The notes under the pieces are model-generated. The model saw nothing but the letters and a program-made list of their open reading frames with translations. It had not been told where the DNA came from and did no database searches. Shown piece after piece: positions 10,103-18,559 of a stretch of DNA of 64,000 nt. This DNA comes from Novosphingobium sp. (GTDB lineage: Bacteria > Pseudomonadota > Alphaproteobacteria > Sphingomonadales > Sphingomonadaceae), in assembly GCF_027486195.1 (NCBI RefSeq), contig NZ_JAIXPP010000042.1, positions 4,554 to 68,553 of the forward strand, read 5' to 3'. Every line of letters starts with the position of its first letter. The stretch's first letter is position 1. The position numbers were made by a program, and so were the translations under genes.

Positions 10103-10129
10103 CCGCGGCGGGTAATTGGAGTGTTAGGA

Positions 10130-10870
10130 ATGACCAAGCGGATCGATGCCCACTTCGTGGCCGCCGGCAAATACCACGATATCGACTTCGCCCGGCTCGA
10201 AGTGCTCAAGCTGCTCGGCGAGCATCCGGAAATCCGCACCACCGTGGCGATGGACTTTTCGAACACCGAGCGGCTGGAGCAGTGCCAGTTCCTCGTGACC
10301 TACACCTGCACCGTGCTGCCGACGCCGGAAGAGACGGTGAAGATCAAGGAATTCCTTGATCGCGGCGGGCGCTGGCTGGCGCTCCATGGCACCAATTCGA
10401 TCCTGAAGTTTGTCGAAGGCGGGGTCGATTGCCCAGAAGAGCGCGACGACGTGATGGAAGTGCTCGGCACCCAGTTCAAGGCGCATCCGCCCATCGGGCC
10501 GTTCCGTGTCGAGGTGGTCGACAAGACCCATGCGCTCACGCAGGGTCTCGAAGATTTCGACGTGATCGACGAGCTTTACATCATGAAGGAAAAGGCGCCG
10601 ATCAAAATCCTGATGCAGACGCGCTTCGATGGTGAGGCGACCGGCTTCATCGAGGCGAACTATTCGAACGTCGTCGTGCCGATTCTCTACTTGCGCGATC
10701 ACGGCAAGGGCGGGGTGCTCTACAATACGCTCGGACACTGCCGCAGCCATTTCGATGTCATTGAATTGCTGCCCTTTTGGACACATCCCGAACGCTGCAG
10801 TTGGAACTATCCCGTGTATTACGAGACGCTGCGCCGCGGCATTCGCTGGGCCATGAGTGAGATAGCCTGA
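10130..10870 (+). CDS. ThuA-like domain protein (paralog 2)
   Basis: MTKRIDAHFVAAGKYHDIDFARLEVLK...RWLALHGTN...DELYIM. The domain logic matches 5847-6632. GTG 10121 is an alternative start. Confidence 0.6.
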   Translation: MTKRIDAHFVAAGKYHDIDFARLEVLKLLGEHPEIRTTVAMDFSNTERLEQCQFLVTYTCTVLPTPEETVKIKEFLDRGGRWLALHGTNSILKFVEGGVDCPEERDDVMEVLGTQFKAHPPIGPFRVEVVDKTHALTQGLEDFDVIDELYIMKEKAPIKILMQTRFDGEATGFIEANYSNVVVPILYLRDHGKGGVLYNTLGHCRSHFDVIELLPFWTHPERCSWNYPVYYETLRRGIRWAMSEIA

Positions 10871-12078
10871 TGGATATGGATTTTGCCCCCGAGGATCTTG
10901 CCTTCCAGAAGGAAGTGCGCGCATTCCTCGACGACAAGCTCGACGCCCGCCTGCGCGAGGGCGCGGCCAGCACACCGAGCGTGTTCACCGAGCCCGACAT
11001 CACCCGCGAATGGCAGGCCATTCTCGCCGAGAAGGGCTGGCTCGCCACCTCGTGGCCGGTCGAGGATGGCGGTCCGGGCTGGACGCCGACGCAGAAGTAC
11101 ATTTTCGAGAAGGAATGCGCGATTGCCGGCGCGCCTTCGCTGCCGATCCTTGGCCTGCGCCTCGTTGGACCGGTGATCTGCCACTTCGGCACGCCTGAGC
11201 AGAAGGCCCGCTTCCTCCCCCGTATCATTTCGGGCGAGGATTACTGGTGCCAGGGCTATTCCGAACCGGGCGCCGGGTCAGACCTTGCTGCGGTGAAGAC
11301 GCGCGCAGAACGGGTCGGTGACAAGTACGTGGTCAACGGCTCCAAGATCTGGACCACCCACGCGCACCACGCCAACTGGATCTTCGCGCTCGTCCGCACC
11401 GATCCCTCCGTGCAGAAGCAGCGCGGCATCAGCTTCCTGCTCATCCCGATGGAGCAGCCGGGTGTCAGCGTTTCGCCGATCATCACGATGGCGAACGACC
11501 ACGAGGTCAACGCGACCTTCTTCGACAATGCCGAAACCCCGGCGGACAACCTGATCGGCGAGGAAGGGCAGGGCTGGACGATCGCCAAGTTCCTGCTCGA
11601 GAACGAGCGCGGCGGTTCGTGCGCGGCGCCGGCGCTGCTGGCCAAGCTCGACCGGATCGAACGCTGGGCGCGCGAGGAAGCCTCGGGCACCAACGGCAGC
11701 ATGATCCACGATCCGAATATCTCGCAGCGGTTGGCCCGTCTCCGGCTTGAAGCGCAAGCCTTCGAAGTGACCGAACTGCGCATCCTGGCCGAGCTCGCCA
11801 AGGGCCGCCCGGCTGGGCCGCAGACCTCGCTGGTCAAGCTCACGAGCTCGAACCTGCGGCAGGCGATCGACGAGCTGGCCGTGGACCTGTTCGGCTACGA
11901 TGGGTTGCAGCTGCCCGTCACGCGCCCGCTCTATGGCAACGAGGCGCCCGAATATGTCGGCAGCCGCGCTGCGCAGCTTTCGATGCCCGCCTATCTCAAC
12001 GGCCGCGCCTACACGATCTTCGGCGGCTCGGACGAAGTGCAGAAAACTATCATCGCCAAGCAGGTCCTGGGCCTCTGA
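10870..12078 (+). CDS. acyl-CoA dehydrogenase (402 aa)
   Basis: The start overlaps the upstream TGA. Full ACAD architecture is present: YWCQGYSEPGAGSD, WTTHAHHANW and a C-terminal IFGGSDEVQKTIIAKQVLGL. Confidence 0.9.
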   Translation: MDMDFAPEDLAFQKEVRAFLDDKLDARLREGAASTPSVFTEPDITREWQAILAEKGWLATSWPVEDGGPGWTPTQKYIFEKECAIAGAPSLPILGLRLVGPVICHFGTPEQKARFLPRIISGEDYWCQGYSEPGAGSDLAAVKTRAERVGDKYVVNGSKIWTTHAHHANWIFALVRTDPSVQKQRGISFLLIPMEQPGVSVSPIITMANDHEVNATFFDNAETPADNLIGEEGQGWTIAKFLLENERGGSCAAPALLAKLDRIERWAREEASGTNGSMIHDPNISQRLARLRLEAQAFEVTELRILAELAKGRPAGPQTSLVKLTSSNLRQAIDELAVDLFGYDGLQLPVTRPLYGNEAPEYVGSRAAQLSMPAYLNGRAYTIFGGSDEVQKTIIAKQVLGL

Positions 12079-12088
12079 CCTGTTACCC

Positions 12089-12126
12089 GGAAGCCCCATG
12101 TCCGAACCGTTTCGGATGGGGCTTCC
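12089..12126 (+). terminator. long hairpin after the ACAD gene
   Basis: GGAAGCCCCA-tg-TCCGAA-ccgt-TTCGGA-TGGGGCTTCC lies 11 nt after the stop. There is no clear T-tract. Confidence 0.45.
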
Positions 12127-12201
12127 GCTACGGCACGCACTAGGTTAGCATGCGAATCGACCCGGATGCCGGAATAACCGGCACCGACGAGAGGATGCAC
12201 C

Positions 12202-12972
12202 ATGGACTGGGCGAACACCACCTTCGAGCAGGTGACGATTCGGGCCGTTGAAGACGTGCGGCCCGCCGCAATTGCCATTCGCGACGTTGCCTTGAAGCTT
12301 GACCTGCGCATCGCGGTCTGCCCCGACATTTCGTCGAAGGAGCAGATGCTTGATGCCGATGGCAAGATCATCAACGCAGACATCTTCGGCTGGACCGCCG
12401 ATGGCGAGCGCTGGTGGGAGAACGGCACGCTGGCGCTCTCCTCGCCCTTCCCGCGCGCCAGCCGGTATGAAAGCGAGCCCTTCTGGTGCAACGCCCACGG
12501 CGCTTTCACCGTCAGCCGCAACAACTACCTCGAGGACCTGAACTTTTCGGAGTTCCACAAGTTCAGCAAGGCGCGGGCGATGATCGTCATCCCCTCGCAC
12601 CTCTCGTTCGGTCAGATCGCCGCGGCGAGCTTCGTGCCGGTGGACAAGACGCTCGACGACCTTTCGAACGTGTTTGCCGAGCATGGCGATTTCCTCGGTG
12701 CGCTGACCCGCCGCTTCGTGGCGAGCTACGTCAGCACGATGCGCACGCAGCAATGGATTCCGAGCGACTGCCGGCTTTCCAAGCGCGAGGTCGAATGCCT
12801 GCGCTGGGCCGCCATCGGCAAGACCGACAAGGAAATCAGCCTGATCCTCGCGCTCAGCCACGCAACCGTGCGCTATCACATCCAGCGCGCGGGCGAGAAG
12901 CTCAACGCGGTGAACCGCAGCCAGGCCGTCTTCAAGGCGGGGCAGCTGGGCTATTTAGGGGCGGCTGCCTGA
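12202..12972 (+). CDS. LuxR-family transcriptional regulator (solo, no luxI seen)
   Basis: C-terminal GerE/LuxR HTH (SKREVECLRWAAIGKTDKEISLILALSHATVRYHIQRAGEKL). The N-terminal domain of about 180 aa has the size of an autoinducer-binding domain. Confidence 0.8.
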   Translation: MDWANTTFEQVTIRAVEDVRPAAIAIRDVALKLDLRIAVCPDISSKEQMLDADGKIINADIFGWTADGERWWENGTLALSSPFPRASRYESEPFWCNAHGAFTVSRNNYLEDLNFSEFHKFSKARAMIVIPSHLSFGQIAAASFVPVDKTLDDLSNVFAEHGDFLGALTRRFVASYVSTMRTQQWIPSDCRLSKREVECLRWAAIGKTDKEISLILALSHATVRYHIQRAGEKLNAVNRSQAVFKAGQLGYLGAAA

Positions 12973-13773
12973 GGGCCGCCCAAACCCCAACCACCATTTC
13001 GTCATCCCCGCCGTGCTCGCCCCGTCGATCCCGTATTCCGAGCCGGAGATGAAACCCGCTTCGTCCGAGGCGAGGAACGCCACCAGTGCGGCAATTTCCT
13101 CGACCCGGCCCATGCGGCCGATGGCAGACATCGCGTTGAATTGCGCACGCGCGGCGGCGCTGTCGGGCGAGCGGTCAATCACGCCCCGGATCAATTCGGT
13201 CTCGACCACGCCGGGGTGGATCGAATTGACGCGGATCTTCGTCTTCAGAGTGGCGCAGTGAAGCGCTGAGGATTTCATCAGCGCAATCAGCGCGCCCTTG
13301 CTCGCTGAATAGGCGACGTAGTTGGCGAGCGGGCGATAGGCGCTCATCGACGAGTTCACCACGATGGAGCCGGTGGGCCCATCTGGGTTCGCGCGCATCG
13401 CCCGGATCGCGTGTTGGATGGTCAGCATCACGCCGGTGAGGTTCACGCCCATCACGCGCTCCCACGCATCCATGGTGATGTCCTCAACGCTGCTGTCACC
13501 GGTTTCGATGCCGGCGTTGGCGAAGGCGACGTCGAGCCGGCCATGCTCGGCCTTGATCTGGGCCATCAGCACGTCCCACGCGGCGGCATCCTCCACGCGG
13601 TGCGCGACGAACTGCGCACCGGTTTCGGCGCATAGCGCGGCAGCGGCTTCGGCCTTGGAGCCAGTGAACACGACCTTCGCGCCCTCGCTCGCGAGCCGCC
13701 GCACGGTGCCCGCCCCGATGCCCGAAGTGCCCCCGGTGATCAGCGCCACTTTGCCTGCGAACCGTCCGCTCAT
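12955..13773 (-). CDS. short-chain dehydrogenase/reductase (SDR)
   Basis: The start at 13773 is preceded by AAGGAGG. It has MSGRFAGKVALITGGTSGIGAG and YSASK. The 35 upstream ORF-track codons run into the REP element and were discarded. Confidence 0.85.
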   Translation of the reverse strand: MSGRFAGKVALITGGTSGIGAGTVRRLASEGAKVVFTGSKAEAAAALCAETGAQFVAHRVEDAAAWDVLMAQIKAEHGRLDVAFANAGIETGDSSVEDITMDAWERVMGVNLTGVMLTIQHAIRAMRANPDGPTGSIVVNSSMSAYRPLANYVAYSASKGALIALMKSSALHCATLKTKIRVNSIHPGVVETELIRGVIDRSPDSAAARAQFNAMSAIGRMGRVEEIAALVAFLASDEAGFISGSEYGIDGASTAGMTKWWLGFGRPSGSRP

Positions 13774-13853
13774 GCATTTCCTCCTTGGTTTGGAGCGATG
13801 ATAGGGCGGCGATGCGGACCGGCTACTGGCAAATTTGATCTCGACCATAACTT

Positions 13854-13932
13854 CGTCATTGCGAGCGCAGCGAAGCAATCCAGAGCGTCACGCGCTACCG
13901 CTCTGGATTGCTTCGCTGTGCTCGCAATGACG
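13854..13932. repeat. REP/MITE-like palindromic element, copy 2
   Basis: CGTCATTGCGAGCGCAGCGAAGCAATCCAGAGCG ... CGCTCTGGATTGCTTCGCTGTGCTCGCAATGACG. Same family as 1405-1490. Confidence 0.7.
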
Positions 13933-13976
13933 AGGGAAGGGTGTGACGGAGGTGGTTGGGCCAGGTTTGGGGGACC

Positions 13977-15506
13977 TTACCGCCCCCAAACCCGCCGCTC
14001 GCCCTCCACGGCAATCGCACCGCTGGTGCCGACCGGCTCCACCGTCCCATCCATGAAGAAGCCGAGCGTCGCGGGATCGGCCACATCGATGTGGCAGAGC
14101 GTGCGCTTACCCTCTGGCGTACGGGCTACGACGACACCACTAGAAGGCGCGCCTTCACGGTTGTGGAAGACGGTGTAGCTTTCGATCTTTGCGGGGCCGA
14201 CGTAGTCTTTCTCGAGTTCGGGCACAGGCCCGCGCGCCGTGTCAGCTTCGGCCTGATAGTCGAAGTCCTGCGGGAACTGCGCGGCGGCGATGGGCTGGCG
14301 CGAGACGACGATGCAGTGGTTGTCGGTGGCATAGCCACCGTTGGCAAACAGGAAGCCGGTCTGGCCATCCCCCGAGCGGAGGCGGTCCACCATCGAGACG
14401 ACCGCATGGCTCATGTAATTGGCGATGGGGCCACCGCCGAATGTCAGCCCGCCAAACACCGTGGCGGGCTTATCCAGCGGCCAGCCGAGCACGCGGCGCG
14501 CCATCTTGGGGACGCAAGGGAAGCAGCTGTAGAGCTCGACATGGTCGAAGTCTGCGCCGGTCATCTGGTTGAGCTCCAGCGTGCGGCGTATCGCGGTGTC
14601 CATGCTGGAGGAGCGATCATAGCGGTCGCGGCGCAGGATGCTGGGATCTTCCTTCGCAGCGGCGCCCATGCCGACGTAGATCAGCCGCTCCTCCGGAATG
14701 CCGCGCCGCCGCGCTTCGGCGAGGCTGGCGACAAGGAAGCCCGCACCTTGGTTCACAGAGGAGTTGGCGACGGTCAGCTTGGTGTAGGGGAAAGCGAGCG
14801 GACGGTTGGACGGACCCGGCGTGAGGATATCCTCGGCGCTCACGGCTTTCCTGATCCACGCGCCTTCATTGGCGGCGGCAACCTGGCTCATGCCCGCCCA
14901 GATTGCGCCGCTTTCGGCCTGCGCCTCGGCCAAGGTCTGACCATAAGCGGCGCGGCCGGCATTTTCGTAGATCGGGTAGACATCGACCGGCGCGGTCAGG
15001 CCATGCGCCTGCGCGTAAGTGGGATCGCGGCGGGTCGAGACATTGCGGACCGCGTTGTAGCTCTTGTCCTCGCCTTTTGCCGCCAGAGCGGCAAGGCCGG
15101 CGGCGGTGCGCAGGGCTTCCGCGCCGACCACGGCGGCAAGCTTCACCTCGCCCGCACCGATGCGGTTGGCGGCTTCGTTGAGCAGGCGGATCGGGGTGTC
15201 GCCATGCGGCGCTTCGGACTGGTAGTTCACCGCCGGGTTCGCACCGATGGCTGCGGCCACGCGGTCGCACAGATTGCCGAGGTGGCGGAAGCTGATCTGG
15301 TCGACGATGGCGAGGCTGTCGAGGTCGCCGAGCAGATTTCCGCCCGCATCGGTTTCCGCGATGCGCAGCGCTGCGGCCATCAGGCCCGGCGGATCGAGCC
15401 CGAGATCGGGGCTCGCGGGCCGGTCGTTCAATTGGCCGACGCCGATGATGACGGGGATGCGTTCGGGATCAGTCCCCCATGAAGAATCGGGCAAAGGCGC
15501 ATTCAT
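13977..15506 (-). CDS. thiolase-fold protein with C-terminal OB/DUF35-like extension
   Basis: 509 aa. Thiolase-like blocks are present (LTVANSSVNQGAGFLVAS; VELYSCFPCVPKMA; GGLTFGGGP), followed by about 110 extra C-terminal residues (PAKIESYTVFHNREG...VVVARTPEGKR...). Confidence 0.75.
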   Translation of the reverse strand: MNAPLPDSSWGTDPERIPVIIGVGQLNDRPASPDLGLDPPGLMAAALRIAETDAGGNLLGDLDSLAIVDQISFRHLGNLCDRVAAAIGANPAVNYQSEAPHGDTPIRLLNEAANRIGAGEVKLAAVVGAEALRTAAGLAALAAKGEDKSYNAVRNVSTRRDPTYAQAHGLTAPVDVYPIYENAGRAAYGQTLAEAQAESGAIWAGMSQVAAANEGAWIRKAVSAEDILTPGPSNRPLAFPYTKLTVANSSVNQGAGFLVASLAEARRRGIPEERLIYVGMGAAAKEDPSILRRDRYDRSSSMDTAIRRTLELNQMTGADFDHVELYSCFPCVPKMARRVLGWPLDKPATVFGGLTFGGGPIANYMSHAVVSMVDRLRSGDGQTGFLFANGGYATDNHCIVVSRQPIAAAQFPQDFDYQAEADTARGPVPELEKDYVGPAKIESYTVFHNREGAPSSGVVVARTPEGKRTLCHIDVADPATLGFFMDGTVEPVGTSGAIAVEGERRVWGR

Positions 15507-17779
15507 CGGGCAGTCTCCAGATAGGACTTGGTGGCGACCATCTCGCGGATTCTTTGAGGTACGGTTTCGAGCACACCCGCCGCTTCAAGGGAAATGCATT
15601 CGGCTTCGTCCATACCCAGCCAGTCGTGCATCACGGCGTAAGTGTCCTGGCACATCAGCGGGGCAGGGCGGGCGTCCGCATCCGGGATCGATTGCCAAAC
15701 CGCAGGGCGGCGCTCGGCGGTCATCGGCTCGGGGAGCAGATCGTGCGGATCGCTGCGGAAGAGGCCGCGCGCCGTATAGTAGGGATGATCGGCGAGGTCC
15801 GCCGCGCGGAGCATCGGGGCCGCGGGGACGCCGGCGGCCTGCAAAGCTTGCGCGGCTTCTGCAGCCCCCCTGTCCGCCAGCCATGCGGCGAGGTCCTGGC
15901 TGCCGATCACGGCGGAGAGCCGCTGACGGTCGGCCTCATCGCGCGGGGTGACAACGCACCATTCATCCTCGCCCTTGGCGGGGAACACGCCCGATAGCGC
16001 GTCCTCGCTGTCTGCGAGGCCGAGCGCGGTGCCGGCGACTTCGGTGGCGAGTTGGGCGAGCATGACTTCGGCCTGCGCCACATCGACATGCCCGCCGCGC
16101 CCGGTGCGCTGGCGGCGGGCAAGGAGCGCCATGACCGCGCTCGCGCCGATGCGGCCGCAGACGTGATCGGGGTAGATCGTGACCGAGTCCGAGAAGCTCT
16201 CCGGATCATCGGGGTAGCGCCACATTGCGGTGAGCCCAGCGGCGGCGCGAACCAGCGGGCCGTAGCCCATGCGCTTCGACCACGGGCCGGTCGCGCCGAA
16301 CGCGCTCGATTCCACCGCGATCAGGCGCGGGTTGATCCGGCTGAGTTCGGCATAGCCGAGGCCCAGGGATTCGAGTGTGCCGGGCTTGAAGTTGGAGAGC
16401 ATCACGTCGGCATCGGCGATCATGCGGCGCAGCAGGGCCTTGCCCTCATCGGACTTGAGGTTGAGGCCAAGGCTACGCTTGTTGCGGTGACCCGCGCCAA
16501 AGCTGCTGGAAAGACCGATCTTGAGCCAGGTCTGCCGCGAGCCATCGGGGAAGGCAGCGGATTCGATCTTCACCACATCCGCGCCGAGATCGGCGAGCAG
16601 GCGGCCGGTTTCTGCGCCGACAACGATCACGCCGAGATCGAGCACCTTGCGGCCTTCCAGCGGCCGGCCGGGTTTGGCATCTGCGGGTACCGGGCGCGGG
16701 GCGGGGGCGCTGGTGTAAATCGGACCCATGCGCTGCCCGTCGATCACCATCAGGCCATCGGGGGCGGGCACGCGGCGGCCACCGGGCAAGTCCACCTCGG
16801 CAAAGGTGGCGCGCGCGCGGATGTGATCGGCGGCAAGGCAATCGCCGAGGGTGTTGAGCCCAGCGAGGGGGACGCCGTGCTGCTGGCCGAGCTCCTCGAT
16901 TTCGGCGCGGGTCTTGTCGGCAAGGAAGGCCTGCATCGCCGCGAGCAGTTCCTTGCTTTTGAAGCGGACCATGATGTCGCGGAATTCCGGCCCGGCGAAT
17001 TCGGCGGGCGAGCCCATCATCGCGTGCATCCCCTGCCACTGGCGCGGGGCGAGCACGCAGAGGCGGACGTAGCCATCGGCGACCGGGATGATCGGATATT
17101 GTACGCCCCTGGGCGGGCGGCCGGGGGGCAGCGATGCGGCGGGGCGGCCATTGGTGGCGCTGCCGGAAATGCCGAACGCGGGATCGAGCGCCTGCATCGC
17201 GCCATCGAGCGCAGCGAAATCGACATGGGTGCCAGTGCCGCTGACGAGCGCCTGCGTGAGCGCGGCCATCGCGACGAAAGCACCTTGCGCCACCGCGCAC
17301 TGCAGCGCGATCTCGCCCGGCGGGAGCAGCGGTGCGCGGCCCCTGATGCCCGAGCGCGAGAGTTCGCTGGTGAGGGCGTGGAGCACGCCGTCGGACCACT
17401 GCCAGTGTGAGAAGGCGTTGCCGAGGCCGAAGCCGGTGGCGGTCATGTGGACGAGCGCGGGGTTGGCGGCGCGGATCGCGGCCCAATCGATGCTGTCCGA
17501 TTCTGCGGAGAGATCTTCGATGATCAGGTCAGCGTGGGCAAGGCGTGCGAGGAGGTCTGCTTCCTCGATCGCCTCGATTCGCTTGCCGAGATTGGCCGTC
17601 CAGTATGCGAGTTCGGCGCGGGGCTCATCCTGCGGGCAGCCGCCGCGTCCGCCCACTTCAAGGCGGATCACCTCGGCGCCGAGTTCGCGCAAGGTTCGGG
17701 CAATTCCCGCGAGCGGGCTGGCGACGAGATCGACCACCACGAGGCCGGAAAGCGGGCGGTCGATGGCCTCTGGCTGCAT
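15503..17779 (-). CDS. tandem-fused family III (CaiB/BaiF) CoA-transferase
   Basis: 758 aa with two CoA-transferase III modules. They open PLSGLVVVDLVASPLAGIARTLRELGAEVIRLE and LEGRKVLDLGVIVVGAETGRLLADLGADVVKIES. ATGA overlap with the downstream thiolase-fold gene. Confidence 0.85.
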   Translation of the reverse strand: MQPEAIDRPLSGLVVVDLVASPLAGIARTLRELGAEVIRLEVGGRGGCPQDEPRAELAYWTANLGKRIEAIEEADLLARLAHADLIIEDLSAESDSIDWAAIRAANPALVHMTATGFGLGNAFSHWQWSDGVLHALTSELSRSGIRGRAPLLPPGEIALQCAVAQGAFVAMAALTQALVSGTGTHVDFAALDGAMQALDPAFGISGSATNGRPAASLPPGRPPRGVQYPIIPVADGYVRLCVLAPRQWQGMHAMMGSPAEFAGPEFRDIMVRFKSKELLAAMQAFLADKTRAEIEELGQQHGVPLAGLNTLGDCLAADHIRARATFAEVDLPGGRRVPAPDGLMVIDGQRMGPIYTSAPAPRPVPADAKPGRPLEGRKVLDLGVIVVGAETGRLLADLGADVVKIESAAFPDGSRQTWLKIGLSSSFGAGHRNKRSLGLNLKSDEGKALLRRMIADADVMLSNFKPGTLESLGLGYAELSRINPRLIAVESSAFGATGPWSKRMGYGPLVRAAAGLTAMWRYPDDPESFSDSVTIYPDHVCGRIGASAVMALLARRQRTGRGGHVDVAQAEVMLAQLATEVAGTALGLADSEDALSGVFPAKGEDEWCVVTPRDEADRQRLSAVIGSQDLAAWLADRGAAEAAQALQAAGVPAAPMLRAADLADHPYYTARGLFRSDPHDLLPEPMTAERRPAVWQSIPDADARPAPLMCQDTYAVMHDWLGMDEAECISLEAAGVLETVPQRIREMVATKSYLETAR

Positions 17780-17802
17780 TCCGGGTCCCTCTCGATTATT
17801 AT

Positions 17803-17819
17803 TGGACGAATACCGTCCA
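17803..17819. promoter_or_regulatory. putative TetR operator palindrome
   Basis: TGGACG-aatac-CGTCCA lies in the 59-bp divergent intergenic region between the CoA-transferase and TetR genes. Confidence 0.45.
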
Positions 17820-17838
17820 TAAAAGATACAAGAAACCC

Positions 17839-18462
17839 ATGCAACGCTCTTCGCCTGATTCTGCGCCTGCTGCGGAGCCGCGACCGAGGGGGCGTCCGCG
17901 CAATCCGGATTTCGAGGCGCGCATTCTGGCGGCGGCGGCGCAAGTCTATGGCGCGGGGGGCTGGGCGGGCTTCAGCCTTGATGCGGTGGCGCGGGCGGCG
18001 GGGATCGGCAAGTCGACGCTCTACGCGCGCTGGACGAGCGGGGAGGACCTGCTCTGCGCGATGATCGAGCAGCGCTGGCAGGCGCTGGCGGCGATCGATA
18101 CTGGAAGCCTACACGGCGATCTCACCGCGTTCGGCGCGCTGGTGCTGGCGCGCTATCTGGAGACGGGTGGCGGTGTGGCGCGGCACTTGCGGCGCGATCT
18201 GGCGGGGCATCCTGAGCTGGCAGCCCGGATCGGGCCAGTGCTGGGCGCAGTGACGGCGCAGGCCATAGCGATCCTGCGGCGGGGCCGGGCGCGTGGCCAA
18301 CTGCGCGATGGCGTGAGCGCGGCGCTCGCGTCCGACATGCTGCTTTCGGCCATGGAATCGCATGCCGGGCGGCTCGGGCCGGGGGAGACGATGAGCGAGG
18401 CGGCGATCACGGCCTATGCGGCGCGGGTGGCGGACCTGCTGATCGGCGGGATCGGCGCATGA
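17839..18462 (+). CDS. TetR-family transcriptional regulator
   Basis: N-terminal HTH: RILAAAAQVYGAGGWAGFSLDAVARAAGIGKSTLYARW. Confidence 0.85.
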   Translation: MQRSSPDSAPAAEPRPRGRPRNPDFEARILAAAAQVYGAGGWAGFSLDAVARAAGIGKSTLYARWTSGEDLLCAMIEQRWQALAAIDTGSLHGDLTAFGALVLARYLETGGGVARHLRRDLAGHPELAARIGPVLGAVTAQAIAILRRGRARGQLRDGVSAALASDMLLSAMESHAGRLGPGETMSEAAITAYAARVADLLIGGIGA

Positions 18463-18559
18463 CCGGACTGGCTGTCAATATGGGCAGGTTTGCCGCGCGG
18501 CGCGGCATGACAGAAACGGCAGCTACGCCCGCAGAGGCGCAAAGGGGGAGCGAGGTGGC

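Noticed and set aside
12955-12972. 18-nt convergent overlap of the LuxR and SDR 3' ends as a regulatory feature.
   Set aside because: Short convergent overlaps are common in compact high-GC genomes, and there is no additional structure to support a function.
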